This document shows, in pieces, positions 48,951-58,342 of a DNA stretch of 64,000 bases (positions are counted from its first letter, which is position 1; every line of letters begins with the position of its first letter). Source of the DNA: a bacterium. GTDB lineage: Bacteria > Hinthialibacterota > Hinthialibacteria > Hinthialibacterales > Hinthialibacteraceae. Both the position numbers and the translations under genes were made by a program. The notes under the pieces are model-generated. The model worked only from the letters and a program-made list of their open reading frames with translations, had not been told where the DNA came from and did no database searches. The stretch lies in contig JBHGBC010000001.1 in assembly GCA_041946805.1 (NCBI GenBank), forward strand, positions 135,588 to 199,587. Reading direction: 5' to 3'.

Positions 48951-50029
48951 TGTTCACGAGGCCCCCGAACTTGTTCTTCTACGGTTGCAACCGAACATTT
49001 CAGTAATTGCGCCGCTCGTACGGGCGAAATCAGTTGCTCGGCCAGGGCTCGATAGACGAGTTCCTCATATCGCATTGGTTTTTCAAATGCCCCAAATCCC
49101 TCCGCATCGCGAAGAGGTTCCGGCTCTTCCTTCCTCCACGACCGCGCGTAAGTCCGAAAGGCATACTCCACGGTTGATTCTGGAAGTAATCCCACATCCT
49201 TTAGCCTTATAAGCATTGCCGCCGCTGAAATCCCGTAGAAGCGCTTTAGCCTAATCAGTTCATGCCAGGTGATTCCGTTTCGGTTTTGTCCAACCTCAGA
49301 GTATAGATGCTCGGCAGGCACGAGAAACGCCGCCCCGAATCGGTGCATGGCTTTTTCAGGCTTTGCTTTTGGAATTCTGGTGTTCTGGATAATCCGGTGG
49401 GCCAACTCATGTGCCAGGTTAAAACGTTTTCGCTCAACATTGGTTCTGCTGGATACCACCACAACTTCGATATCCGGATTGCCACCGCTTCTTTTTACCT
49501 TACAGGTAAGCCCATCGAACCTTTCTGGTAAGTCCGCCTCAATGACCTTGATCCCCTTCTCTTCAAGAAGGCCGGTCATACTTGGAATCGGATCGTTTCC
49601 GAGTTTCCACTTTTTTCGTAACTCTTTCGCCTTATCTTCTACGTCTTCAAGGCTCTTTAGATCGGTACTGCGGAGATTCCCAAACGGATCGGCGGGTGCT
49701 TCGAAACCGAGAATATCTTCAATCGAGAGATAGTCTTCTATCTTTTCAGTAACGATTGCCTCAGCACGGGCGCGATCCTGCACAGAAGTAGCCGAGTGCT
49801 TGCGAAACTCTACCCCCTCTAACTCAGCAATTTGCCCACCCATTAAGAAATCGAGCGAAGTGTTGAGTGCTCTACCCAGGCTCACCAGCGCACTCGAACT
49901 CGGCATCATTTTCCCCGATTCGTATTTGCTAATCGCTTGTGCTGAAACGGCCGGGGACATGCGCTTGGAAAGGTCTTGAAGCGAAAACCCTGCTTTTTTT
50001 CTCGCCATTTTAAGCCTTTGTCCAAACAT
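48947..50029 (-). CDS. XRE-HTH / ImmA-IrrE (Peptidase_M78) fusion protein
   Basis: N-terminal HTH (SAQAISKYESG) and RFNLAHELAH (HExxH); start ATG 50029. Confidence 0.9.
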   Translation of the reverse strand: MFGQRLKMARKKAGFSLQDLSKRMSPAVSAQAISKYESGKMMPSSSALVSLGRALNTSLDFLMGGQIAELEGVEFRKHSATSVQDRARAEAIVTEKIEDYLSIEDILGFEAPADPFGNLRSTDLKSLEDVEDKAKELRKKWKLGNDPIPSMTGLLEEKGIKVIEADLPERFDGLTCKVKRSGGNPDIEVVVVSSRTNVERKRFNLAHELAHRIIQNTRIPKAKPEKAMHRFGAAFLVPAEHLYSEVGQNRNGITWHELIRLKRFYGISAAAMLIRLKDVGLLPESTVEYAFRTYARSWRKEEPEPLRDAEGFGAFEKPMRYEELVYRALAEQLISPVRAAQLLKCSVATVEEQVRGPREQ

Positions 50030-50051
50030 GGTTCTCTCTCCCTCTACATGG

Positions 50052-50080
50052 TTGACATTCACATTATATGTACCTATAAT
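50052..50080 (+). promoter_or_regulatory. Perfect consensus sigma70 promoter
   Basis: TTGACA (50052-57), 17 bp, TATAAT (50075-80), upstream of the DUF2188 ORF. Confidence 0.85.
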
Positions 50081-50107
50081 TAAACCACGAGTTGATTATT
50101 CTGTCAA
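50079..50107 (-). promoter_or_regulatory. Overlapping opposite-strand sigma70 promoter for the XRE-ImmA/PIN operon
   Basis: Minus-strand TTGACA-17 bp-TTTAAT; overlaps the GTTGA-N8-TCAAC palindrome at 50091-50108. Confidence 0.65.
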
Positions 50108-50134
50108 CAAATAAATGCCGAAAGGATAGAAATT

Positions 50135-50311
50135 ATGCAGAAAAATCAGCATGTTGTTCCACATTCCGGAGGTTGGGCCGTCAAAGGAGAAGGAAATCAA
50201 CGAGCAACTTCCGTCTACCAAACGCAGCAAGAGGCGATTAACGCCGCCCGTGAAATCGCGATCAATCAAGGTAGCGAGATGTTCAGCCACGGTCGAAACG
50301 GTCAGATCTGA
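50135..50311 (+). pseudogene. DUF2188-family small protein, C-terminally truncated (absent from the ORF track)
   Basis: Hand translation MQKNQHVVPHSGGWAVKGEGNQRATSVYQTQQEAINAAREIAINQGSEMFSHGRNGQI*; the usual R..SYGNDP tail is missing. Confidence 0.8.
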
Positions 50312-50502
50312 CGCCCCGGTAAATAGTCGTACACATTCCGCCTAAAAATTCTATCCCCAAAGGCAATTTTGGCTTGACCAAACTATCTTTTTGAACTATA
50401 CTTAACTTATTCCAAATCAACATGTAAGGTTGCCTCATGCACCGCATCGATCCGCTCCGCCAAGACCTCCTGCTCGATCCCTTTGAATTCCTCGGCCCCA
50501 AG
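50312..50502 (+). mobile_element. Putative IS left end with promoter and transposase N-terminal remnant
   Basis: TTGACC-17 bp-TATACT (50374-50402), then MHRIDPLRQDLLLDPFEFLGPK, resembling DDE transposase N-termini. Confidence 0.4.
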
Positions 50503-50641
50503 TGTCTAGGGACACCCTCTTTCCCGCAGTTACGGGACATCCAATTACACGTACGCCGAAGCCACGTGGACGCAGTCCTTGCCGGACTGGATTGGGTTAC
50601 ACGTGCGGGCCCTGGAGTGGTTTGGGGGGTGTCCCTAGACA
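50503..50641 (+). mobile_element. IS21 istA internal fragment bracketed by a 15-bp inverted repeat
   Basis: Encodes [32 protein letters not shown] (IstA core motif); TGTCTAGGGACACCC / GGGTGTCCCTAGACA at the ends. Confidence 0.7.
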
Positions 50642-51050
50642 GGTGTAGGACGATTCTTGTCGTGTTCGCTTTCCAGGTAGTCTTCAATGAGAGGCCGCTG
50701 GACAAAGAAGAATTCCTCAAAGATATCGCGTGAATCATCCGTTTCCGGCAACTCCCGCCCATCCAGGATCATCTGGATATCCTCGTTGGCGGTATACACA
50801 TCCCCGGTCTGGAAAATAACGTATTGCGTAATTCATTTTTGGGATGTAGAAGATTTATCCTCGCCAGGAAGGGGGATTGGGGAGAATTCTTACTTCCGGT
50901 GGGTGAACTAATGCAAAAAGAGTTAATTCACGGCCGACACAATCCCACGGATCGCGTGATCGGCAGGGTACGCAGGAGTAAAAAACCAGCGTGCCCTGGA
51001 AGCGATGCGGCTCTAGGGCACTACGCACGCCGCAGTGTACGTTTGCGCTC

Positions 51051-52643
51051 TCAATAACCGTCCGCGCAGTAGGTGTCGGGGCCGGCTTGAATTTCCGTCG
51101 CCCGTTCGAGCTGGACGAAGGGATCCCCGTTCCCCTCCGCGTCCGCGTATTTCGGCGGCAGGATGTCATCATAAGACACCAAGGGTGGAGTGAATCCGAA
51201 ATCCTTGACCTTGGCCCGGCAATGCTGGATGTGGCCGGGATAGACCCGGAGCACCATGCAGTCGAAGGACCAGGTGACCGTGCACGCGTCCGGATATTCC
51301 GGATTCCAGATGACGTCGCCGCAATGCGCGAGGATGCTCTGCAGGGCGCAGGCGGCCGTGTCATCGGCCACCGGGAAATGCGTGGCGACCGTGAGCCGCG
51401 GGCGGGGATCGATCTGGCTGAGGAGGTACCCGAACGCGCCCTGCGTGGTATGGGAACTGTCGTACACCCTCTCCGTACCTTTGACGTACATCATGAAGTC
51501 CTCGTAGCCCGGATCCCCTAGGACGGGCGGAGTGGTCAATCCCAAAACCTTCATGGCGTACCGTTCCGGCGGCATGACCATTTCATGAATGAACACGTCC
51601 ACGCCATCGCCCCCGTTGAGGGCCTGTTCGATGCAATGGGTTTCCGGCTTGGTGTCGCTCGTGTAGACCAGGGAGAAGGGCGGGCGGTCCGGGGCATGCC
51701 ACCACTCGAGTTTGTAGCCGACGGAGCCCTTGCGGCAATGGATCACGGGGAAGTGGGTGATCTTCACGCCGGTGGACGGGTTGTTGTAGGCGACGTTATC
51801 TCCCGCAACTTGCCCGTATTTCGTCCAGTCCAGCTCGATGGGGACCAGCGCGTAGGCGTCGTTGGGGGGATCGTCTCCCACCGGGATGGGATCGCAGGGC
51901 AGTCCCCAGCTTGTCCGGGTGGGAATGGGGTAGCTCTGGTAACTGGTTTCCAGGAAGCTGAAACTCTCCGTGTGCCATCGCATCGCTTCCCGCAGGTTCC
52001 GGCAATACGCCTTGGTCCCATCGTCGTACAGCCGGCGCGGCGGCCGCGGGCTTTTCACGCGCGAGGGCCCCGGCCCCCAAACGTACAGGGGCGATTTGCG
52101 GTCCCCCGAGGGCCCGAAGCAGTAGATGTGGCTCAGGTCGTTCATGTGGTCGGCGTGCAGATGATTGATGAACACCTTGTCCATCCGCCGGTACCCGATC
52201 CCCGCGGCGCCGAAATTGGTGCAAGATCCCGCTCCGCAGTCGAAGATGAACGAATCGGCCGCTTTCCCCAGGGCGGGATCGCCGGGATTCTTGGGATCGG
52301 GAATCCACGGGCCCACTTCCACGAAGACGCTCATTTCCGCCTGAACCCGGCGTTGGATCGGGAAACAGGATCCCATGAACGTGATCCGGATCTCGTCATC
52401 GTCGAGGGGGGTTTGCAGCAAGTCGATCTCGGGCAGATTCTGGAAGAACGAGTACTGGTCCGGACTATACCCGGGTGGACAATCCACGGCATACGGTTCG
52501 TGATCGCACACGGCTTGGGCTTTCCGTGCTCCGGGGCCGCCGGCCATTCCTCCCAGCGCCAGGCCGCCCAAGGCCAACCCGGACAGCTTCAACGTGTCCC
52601 GGCGGTTGTATCTCTGAGATTTGGATTTTTCGGGAGCATTCAT
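51051..52643 (-). CDS. Tat-exported MBL-fold hydrolase (RNase Z/arylsulfatase-like)
   Basis: NRRDTLK Tat motif; FDCGAG, HLHADH, YTSDT, FIHEM, SHTT and ATHF. Confidence 0.82.
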   Translation of the reverse strand: MNAPEKSKSQRYNRRDTLKLSGLALGGLALGGMAGGPGARKAQAVCDHEPYAVDCPPGYSPDQYSFFQNLPEIDLLQTPLDDDEIRITFMGSCFPIQRRVQAEMSVFVEVGPWIPDPKNPGDPALGKAADSFIFDCGAGSCTNFGAAGIGYRRMDKVFINHLHADHMNDLSHIYCFGPSGDRKSPLYVWGPGPSRVKSPRPPRRLYDDGTKAYCRNLREAMRWHTESFSFLETSYQSYPIPTRTSWGLPCDPIPVGDDPPNDAYALVPIELDWTKYGQVAGDNVAYNNPSTGVKITHFPVIHCRKGSVGYKLEWWHAPDRPPFSLVYTSDTKPETHCIEQALNGGDGVDVFIHEMVMPPERYAMKVLGLTTPPVLGDPGYEDFMMYVKGTERVYDSSHTTQGAFGYLLSQIDPRPRLTVATHFPVADDTAACALQSILAHCGDVIWNPEYPDACTVTWSFDCMVLRVYPGHIQHCRAKVKDFGFTPPLVSYDDILPPKYADAEGNGDPFVQLERATEIQAGPDTYCADGY

Positions 52644-52755
52644 GGTATGTATCCTTGTTATATACATCAATCTGGATGTTCACTTCCGCCCCACTCCCAG
52701 GAGAGAGTCCCGGGAGTAGGCGTAGCGCTCCGAATCGCCTGTTCCATCCCATACA

Positions 52756-54555
52756 TCAGTCGAAAAGATCCATGAAAGCATAAAAAGCCTCGGGATCTCC
52801 GCCGTCAATAACAACCTTGGCAGATGAAACAGCCTCTTGAGGAGTCAGCTTCCCCAGGACCAGATCTTTCCAGACCGGAGAGTCGGTGATGATTCGGAAC
52901 TCACCATTCTGGGTTCGGGACCCGGCCTTCGGCGTAGCCTCGGGAGCCACTTCAAGGATGCAATGGCGGACATGCAAAGCATAATAGGATGGTTCCGTGG
53001 GGCTGTTTTTAGGTATGTCGGTCAACTGCAGGCCGACTGCCATATCCGTATCCAGGGATTTGACCGCGTTGATATTGACCGCCAGGATGCGGTGGAGAGC
53101 ATCCATCGGCATGAAACGCACGGCGTTGTCATCCATCGAAGCAAAAATAAGTTTCGGATACATACCTGAAAATATCGCGGTCTCCACGGGCGGTATCTGT
53201 CCCGACTCCAAGAGATACTCGGATAAGAGATAGTTGCGTGATTGACTATTGATGGTTTCACCGGCCAGGGCGATCAACGCGGTATTCTTGGTCGAGCGCG
53301 CCGAGGAATTGGCCGGGTCGAGGAGGAGAACATCATCCGCCAATTCCAATGCCCACTCCCACTTGCCATTGTCCAGGGCCTCCTGGGCCTTGGCAGCCAG
53401 TTTGTCTACTCCCTCTGCCAGCATAGCCGCCATTTGAGCCTCTTCGATGGGAGACTGTGTGATCAGGTCCCTGCACTTGCCGGTAAAATAGCCCCGGTAT
53501 CTCCAGAAGGTATAGTATATGTTCCGGTCGATTTCCCCATACGTCTCTTGTAAAAAGGGATCGCTGGCGAGATCCGGCGGCAACTTGACCAACTCTTTAA
53601 TCTCCCCCGGTGTCAAACCCTTATTCATGTAATGCACGGTCTGATCGTGAATGAACTGAATGGCGTCACGATAATTGGTCATGGTTTTGCTGATTTCTTC
53701 CTTCCCTTGCAGAACCGGATAGGGGCCGTGCATAAAAACCATGCATTCCGGATTCAGTCCGCGATAGAAATCAATGCTGGTAATGTAATCCATCGGATCC
53801 CGGAGGGATCCCCCCCGGAGCGTTGTAATGGCGGGGATGGCGTTGTAAAAATTACCAATTTGCACTAAAGTTTTTTTGACCGGCAGCCAGACGACGATCA
53901 TATCGTTTGTCTCACCGGGGGTAAAAAACATTTCGAGTTTCACGCCAGCCACCGTTGTCTTCAAGGTATCCCGAAAGGTCTGGGTGGGAGGTAAAAAACC
54001 CGACTCTCCCGGGAAACTGTCACGGCAATGAGGAGTCAAACCTCTATACCACCCCGGATCGTCGTAAAAAAGCAGCCCCCCCATTTTGACGGCGCCCATG
54101 ATTCTACTGGGATACAATTGGCTGAACCAACTCGAGTACAAGGTGGCCATCAGGTTTTCATGGGCGATGATCTCGGTTTGTGGACCGGCAAAGACGGAGG
54201 CGCCGTGGATATGGCAGTCGTGAGAGTGGGTGTAGATAACCGCCTTGACGGGCTTCCGGTCAAAGATATTATCCAATTGCGCATTAAATGCATCCTTGGC
54301 AAGCCCTGCCCCGATGATGCTTTCCCCCGGATCGATGACAATAAGCCCGCTGGGCCCCTCGATCAATATCGGATTATCCCGGTTGTATCCACGAGCCACG
54401 TACACTCCATCCACCGCTGTAAAAACCGCGGGTGGATGAAAATCATTGAACATTTCATCCAGCAAAGGATGAATGGCTACCGTGGCTGGTTCGAACGCGG
54501 TTGCGGAGGATATCAACACCAGAACACTGAATACTGAAATCAATAAGGTTTTCAT
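52756..54555 (-). CDS. Secreted alkyl/aryl-sulfatase (SdsA1/BDS1-like: MBL + dimerisation + SCP2-like domains)
   Basis: GVYVARGY, IEGPSGLIVID, AVIYTHSHDCH, TPGET, TLRGGSLRD and YRDAIQFIHDQT. Confidence 0.85.
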   Translation of the reverse strand: MKTLLISVFSVLVLISSATAFEPATVAIHPLLDEMFNDFHPPAVFTAVDGVYVARGYNRDNPILIEGPSGLIVIDPGESIIGAGLAKDAFNAQLDNIFDRKPVKAVIYTHSHDCHIHGASVFAGPQTEIIAHENLMATLYSSWFSQLYPSRIMGAVKMGGLLFYDDPGWYRGLTPHCRDSFPGESGFLPPTQTFRDTLKTTVAGVKLEMFFTPGETNDMIVVWLPVKKTLVQIGNFYNAIPAITTLRGGSLRDPMDYITSIDFYRGLNPECMVFMHGPYPVLQGKEEISKTMTNYRDAIQFIHDQTVHYMNKGLTPGEIKELVKLPPDLASDPFLQETYGEIDRNIYYTFWRYRGYFTGKCRDLITQSPIEEAQMAAMLAEGVDKLAAKAQEALDNGKWEWALELADDVLLLDPANSSARSTKNTALIALAGETINSQSRNYLLSEYLLESGQIPPVETAIFSGMYPKLIFASMDDNAVRFMPMDALHRILAVNINAVKSLDTDMAVGLQLTDIPKNSPTEPSYYALHVRHCILEVAPEATPKAGSRTQNGEFRIITDSPVWKDLVLGKLTPQEAVSSAKVVIDGGDPEAFYAFMDLFD

Positions 54556-54715
54556 GATCTTTTCCTTTCGTCATTGATTGGCTTTCGGGATGCCATTCTC
54601 TCTACTCCGCTGCAGTCTTTCTCCGCCCTCAAGTCAAGGAACTCTTATGATGGGTCACTCCCGTGATCCATTCTCCTTTCACCGTTGATTAGTCGTTATT
54701 TCTCGAAGGAAGAGG

Positions 54716-54732
54716 CGCAACTTGCATGCCAA
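54716..54732 (-). promoter_or_regulatory. sigma54 -24/-12 promoter of the sulfatase operon
   Basis: Minus-strand TTGGCATGCAAGTTGCG (TGGCA-N6-TTGC spacing). Confidence 0.75.
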
Positions 54733-54860
54733 GCGCTCCTGGAGATCGAGAACCTTGTCGATATGGCATAAACTGATATGCGGCAACGGATTGGAAGGGT
54801 AAGCAGTGAACACGGGTCCGCGGCCGATGAACTTGTCCACGGGAGTTATTATCCAAAACG

Positions 54861-54915
54861 TTGCTAATAGCGTACGAATAACCTTTGAATAGGGTGCTAA
54901 AAGGGTGCTAAAAGG
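54861..54915. promoter_or_regulatory. Phased direct-repeat enhancer (UAS) candidate
   Basis: GCTAATAG 54863, ttgAATAG 54885, GCTAAAAG 54896 and 54907 (22/11/11-bp spacing). Confidence 0.65.
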
Positions 54916-54942
54916 AATCTTTCCAAATCGGTTGTTAGTCAT

Positions 54943-54985
54943 AATAAAGGGGCGGGGAATGGACCACGCAGGCCCATCCCCCGCT
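54943..54985 (-). terminator. Intrinsic terminator after the Ig-domain gene
   Basis: GC-rich imperfect hairpin followed by TTTATT on the minus strand. Confidence 0.55.
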
Positions 54986-55014
54986 CGTTTACTACGGAAA
55001 CGTGGTTGCCCGTG

Positions 55015-56232
55015 TTACGGCATAGTCACAGTCACCGTTTGGCTTGTGAAGAAACCACCCAAAGAGCAAGTACCCTGGATATCGAGGGTCTGAGGGCCCG
55101 ATGGCACTTTCTTGAACTGCAGCGTGCACTGCTTGCTCGCGCCCGGCTTGATCGCACCATAAACCAGCGGCAGAGGCGAGTTGGTGTCCTTGCTGTCCAG
55201 CCGGGCCGTGTCCACTGTCACATAATAGGCCGTGGTCGCGCCTGGATTGGTAATGAGCACCGTGACCGTCCAGACCTTGGTGTTGCGGGGCATCACAGAT
55301 GTGACCGAAATATTCAGCGCCGACACAACCTCTACCGTCACAGTTTTAGTAACGGATGCCTGGTCATCGGTCACCATCACGTCGAAACTGAATGTTCTGA
55401 CAACCGTCGGCGTCCAGGAGAAGTTGCCATCCTGATCGATGGTGGCCCCTTGTGGCGCGTTCACCAAGCTGAAAGTCAGCGTGTCGCCATAATCCGGGTC
55501 GGTAGCGGTTGCCGTGAAAGTTAGTGGGTTATCGAGGACAACGGTGGGCGGAATGTCAGGCAGCGACAGAACGGGCTCATGATTGGTAATGGGAGGATTG
55601 CCGCTGACACGGAAGGCGCACGCCTGATTCCAATCTGGGTAAGTTGGTATGTAACCCTGGTACCACCATACACCGTTATACGATGTATAATTACAGTATC
55701 CTGCATCACCATGTTTGTTAATCATCCAATCCGCTTTACTAGATTTGCCAACTTCTGTGATGACCGCCTCTACTACGACCCAATAGGTTTTGCCATTCTC
55801 AAGTAGAGTTTTGCCACTAAAGGTCGCCGTTGCAAGTGAAGAAGGAATCTCTGGGTAATCATCCGGTAGATTGGTGGACTCCAAAAAGGTCCCCAGAGAG
55901 TACCACGGCAATGGAGTATCTGTTACCAGATCTTTTATCAGCGAGATTTTGAGTGAGTGGTTTGCATTTTCATATGCGTAATTGCTGTACTTGAGCGCAA
56001 GTTCAATTGTGCTGAGATAGTAGTCTCCATTAGGGCTGAACTTCATTGCAAACATCTGGTAAGATCCCTCTAATGGGTCATTATATATCATTGCGCCCGT
56101 GCAGTTCTCACAGTCGAACACATCTCCAACTTCGATGTTGCTGTAAATTATTTCGGCACGCGCCACGCTTGCGCATAGGATCATCGCCATGGCTATGGTA
56201 AGGATTATGGATTTTTTCCCTTGCTGCTGCAT
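55015..56232 (-). CDS. Secreted protein with putative Ig (He_PIG/cadherin-like) domain
   Basis: Signal peptide; NHEPVL..ATDPDYGDTLTFSL..GATIDQDGNFSWTP..VTDD. Confidence 0.75.
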   Translation of the reverse strand: MQQQGKKSIILTIAMAMILCASVARAEIIYSNIEVGDVFDCENCTGAMIYNDPLEGSYQMFAMKFSPNGDYYLSTIELALKYSNYAYENANHSLKISLIKDLVTDTPLPWYSLGTFLESTNLPDDYPEIPSSLATATFSGKTLLENGKTYWVVVEAVITEVGKSSKADWMINKHGDAGYCNYTSYNGVWWYQGYIPTYPDWNQACAFRVSGNPPITNHEPVLSLPDIPPTVVLDNPLTFTATATDPDYGDTLTFSLVNAPQGATIDQDGNFSWTPTVVRTFSFDVMVTDDQASVTKTVTVEVVSALNISVTSVMPRNTKVWTVTVLITNPGATTAYYVTVDTARLDSKDTNSPLPLVYGAIKPGASKQCTLQFKKVPSGPQTLDIQGTCSLGGFFTSQTVTVTMP

Positions 56233-56511
56233 TGTCGTTCTCCTTTTCATTAAGAATGTTAGATTGGGTTGAGATGCCGCCTTGCTCCCATTCGAGTGGT
56301 TGGAATAGATGGCAACCTGCACTATTTGGATTTATTGCTGCCTATATTCCGAGCGTTTCTCCTTTCCTTGGGGGGTGTCCTGCCTTTTTTTTGCTTTTTC
56401 AGCAAATGCAGAGAATGGATGGATTCCGATCTTCCCGGACATCCCTCACCCTTACCCTCTCCCAGAGGAAGAGGGAATCGTTTCGCGTACGCGCCAATCG
56501 TCAGAATTAAC

Positions 56512-56528
56512 AGCAACCGCCATGCCAG
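56512..56528 (-). promoter_or_regulatory. sigma54 -24/-12 promoter of the Ig-domain gene
   Basis: Minus-strand CTGGCATGGCGGTTGCT. Confidence 0.75.
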
Positions 56529-56662
56529 GAAAAAATCACGTGCAAAATCACCTTGGCAATGTGCGGAGGGGAACGCTGTTTTCTCGGATTTTTGAGGAGA
56601 ATTGTTCACGAACCATGAAAGGTGTGAATCTGAATAAGAATTCCAAGATGGATGTTGTATTC

Positions 56663-56722
56663 AAAAACCTGCTAATAGCTTACGAATACCCCGCTAATAG
56701 GATGTGAATACCCTGCTAATAG
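56663..56722. promoter_or_regulatory. Triple direct-repeat enhancer (UAS) candidate
   Basis: GCTAATAG at 56671, 56693 and 56715 (exact 22-bp period), the last two preceded by GAATACCCY. Confidence 0.7.
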
Positions 56723-56734
56723 AGAGTGGGAGGA

Positions 56735-58342
56735 TCAGGCCCGGCGGTAGCGTTTCCAGCGCCGTTCGCCGTCGCTTTGCAAGAGGCCGTAATCGTGCAG
56801 TTTCTTGAGCAGATAAGATGCGTGATGCAGATCCGAAACCAACAGCTGGCGGCATTCCGAGTTGTTGATAGTACCATGCGTTTCCACATAGGCGAGGATT
56901 TTCTCCTCGTCAGTCAGCGGATCGGAGGGATCCGGGCGGCCGGTGGACGGATCGTGCGCGTTGGAACTGAGGGACCGTTTGACGACCAGTTCCTTGCGCT
57001 GCTCGAAATCATTCATAGCGCCCAAGTGGTTGCCGGAATTCAAATCGGAGTATAGATGATTCTCCTTGCTTATATCATTGAGCAGGTAGAGGTGATGGGG
57101 CTGGATGCCGCCGCCGCCGCTTTTAATCATCGCGTGTTCGACAATGTTCTTCAGTTCCCGCACATTGCCGGGGAAACTGTACTGTTGCAAGGCCGCCATC
57201 GCCTCGGGACTTACACGCGGGCGCTCCCGCCCCATCTCCTCCGCGAACAGGCGCAGAAAGTGCTCCACCAGCAGGGGAATATCCTCCGGGCGGTCGCGCA
57301 AGGGCGGCACCTCAACCGTATATTCGGCCAGCCGGAAGTATAGGTCCTGCCGGAACAATCCCCGGTCGATGCGGGTGTGCAGATCCTGATTGGTGGCCGA
57401 GATCACACGGACCTCGGCGATCCGCTCGTGCGCGCCGCCGACCGGAATGTAGCGGCGGTCTTCCAGGACACGCAGCAGTTTGGCCTGCAGCTCATAGGGC
57501 ATGTCGCCGATTTCGTCCAAAAAGAGCGTTCCGCCCTCGGCCAGTTCGAAATAGCCCTGGCGCGCGCCGGTGGCGCCGGTGAACGCCCCGCGCACATGGC
57601 CGAAGAGGGTGGACTCGGCCAATTCGCGGGGAATCGTCGAGCAGTTCAGGGCGATGAACGGCTGGTGGGACCGCGATCCGCCAAAATGAATCGCGCGGGC
57701 AATCAGCTCTTTCCCCGTGCCGCTTTCGCCGATAATCAACACGGAGACTTTATCGGCATAATGCAGTTGGTGGACATCCCGCAGGATAGCAGAGATGGTT
57801 GCGCTCTGGCTGATGAAGCCCTCGATTCCCCAGTGCTGGGCCTCCTGGTCCGAAAGGAGCGCGAGGCGTTCGTCCGCCCGGGCCAGGTCGCCTTCCGCCT
57901 GCACGCGTTTGGCGATTTCCTCCAGCAGCTGGCGGTTTTTCTGCAACAACTGCTGGGTCAGCCGATGGATGCGGAGTTGATTCTCGACGCGCGCGCGCAC
58001 CACCTCTTCCTGAAAGGGCCGGGTGATGTAGTCCACGCCGCCGAGGTGAAAGCCCTGCAGGATGCTCTCCGTGTCATCCTTCGAGGTGATGAAAATCACG
58101 GGGATGTCCTTGGTTTCTTCCTGCTGTTTAAGCCGCTGGCAGGTTTCGAAGCCGGTCAGTCCGGGCATCACGATATCCAGCAGGATAAGACTGGGTTGTG
58201 CCCGCCGCGCGACTTCGAGGGCCGCCTCGCCGCTGGGAACCAGGAGAACGTCATACCCGGCGGGTTCTAACGTGTGCCCCAGCAGGCTGCGATTGGCCGC
58301 GATATCGTCCACAATGAGGATTTGGATCGGTGTCTTATTCAC
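56735..58342 (-). CDS. sigma54-dependent response regulator (REC + AAA+ bEBP + C-terminal winged helix)
   Basis: REC (ILIVDD..LLDIVMP), [22 protein letters not shown] and [13 protein letters not shown] start overlaps the kinase stop. Confidence 0.92.
   Translation of the reverse strand: MNKTPIQILIVDDIAANRSLLGHTLEPAGYDVLLVPSGEAALEVARRAQPSLILLDIVMPGLTGFETCQRLKQQEETKDIPVIFITSKDDTESILQGFHLGGVDYITRPFQEEVVRARVENQLRIHRLTQQLLQKNRQLLEEIAKRVQAEGDLARADERLALLSDQEAQHWGIEGFISQSATISAILRDVHQLHYADKVSVLIIGESGTGKELIARAIHFGGSRSHQPFIALNCSTIPRELAESTLFGHVRGAFTGATGARQGYFELAEGGTLFLDEIGDMPYELQAKLLRVLEDRRYIPVGGAHERIAEVRVISATNQDLHTRIDRGLFRQDLYFRLAEYTVEVPPLRDRPEDIPLLVEHFLRLFAEEMGRERPRVSPEAMAALQQYSFPGNVRELKNIVEHAMIKSGGGGIQPHHLYLLNDISKENHLYSDLNSGNHLGAMNDFEQRKELVVKRSLSSNAHDPSTGRPDPSDPLTDEEKILAYVETHGTINNSECRQLLVSDLHHASYLLKKLHDYGLLQSDGERRWKRYRRA

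Larger units (their letters stand above)
2435..56475. repeat. Interspersed REP-like palindrome family CCCTCTCCCTCTGGGAGAGGGCCAGGGTGAGGG (11 copies; coordinates span first to last)
   Basis: Copies at ~2435 (reverse), 5756, 7412, 11194, 12992 (interrupted), 25880, 29812, 38358 (partial), 39055, 40197 and 56443 (reverse); all intergenic. Confidence 0.9.

Noticed and set aside
56663..56722. Mini-CRISPR interpretation of the triple repeat
   Set aside because: The 22-bp period is far too short for repeat-spacer units and no cas genes are present
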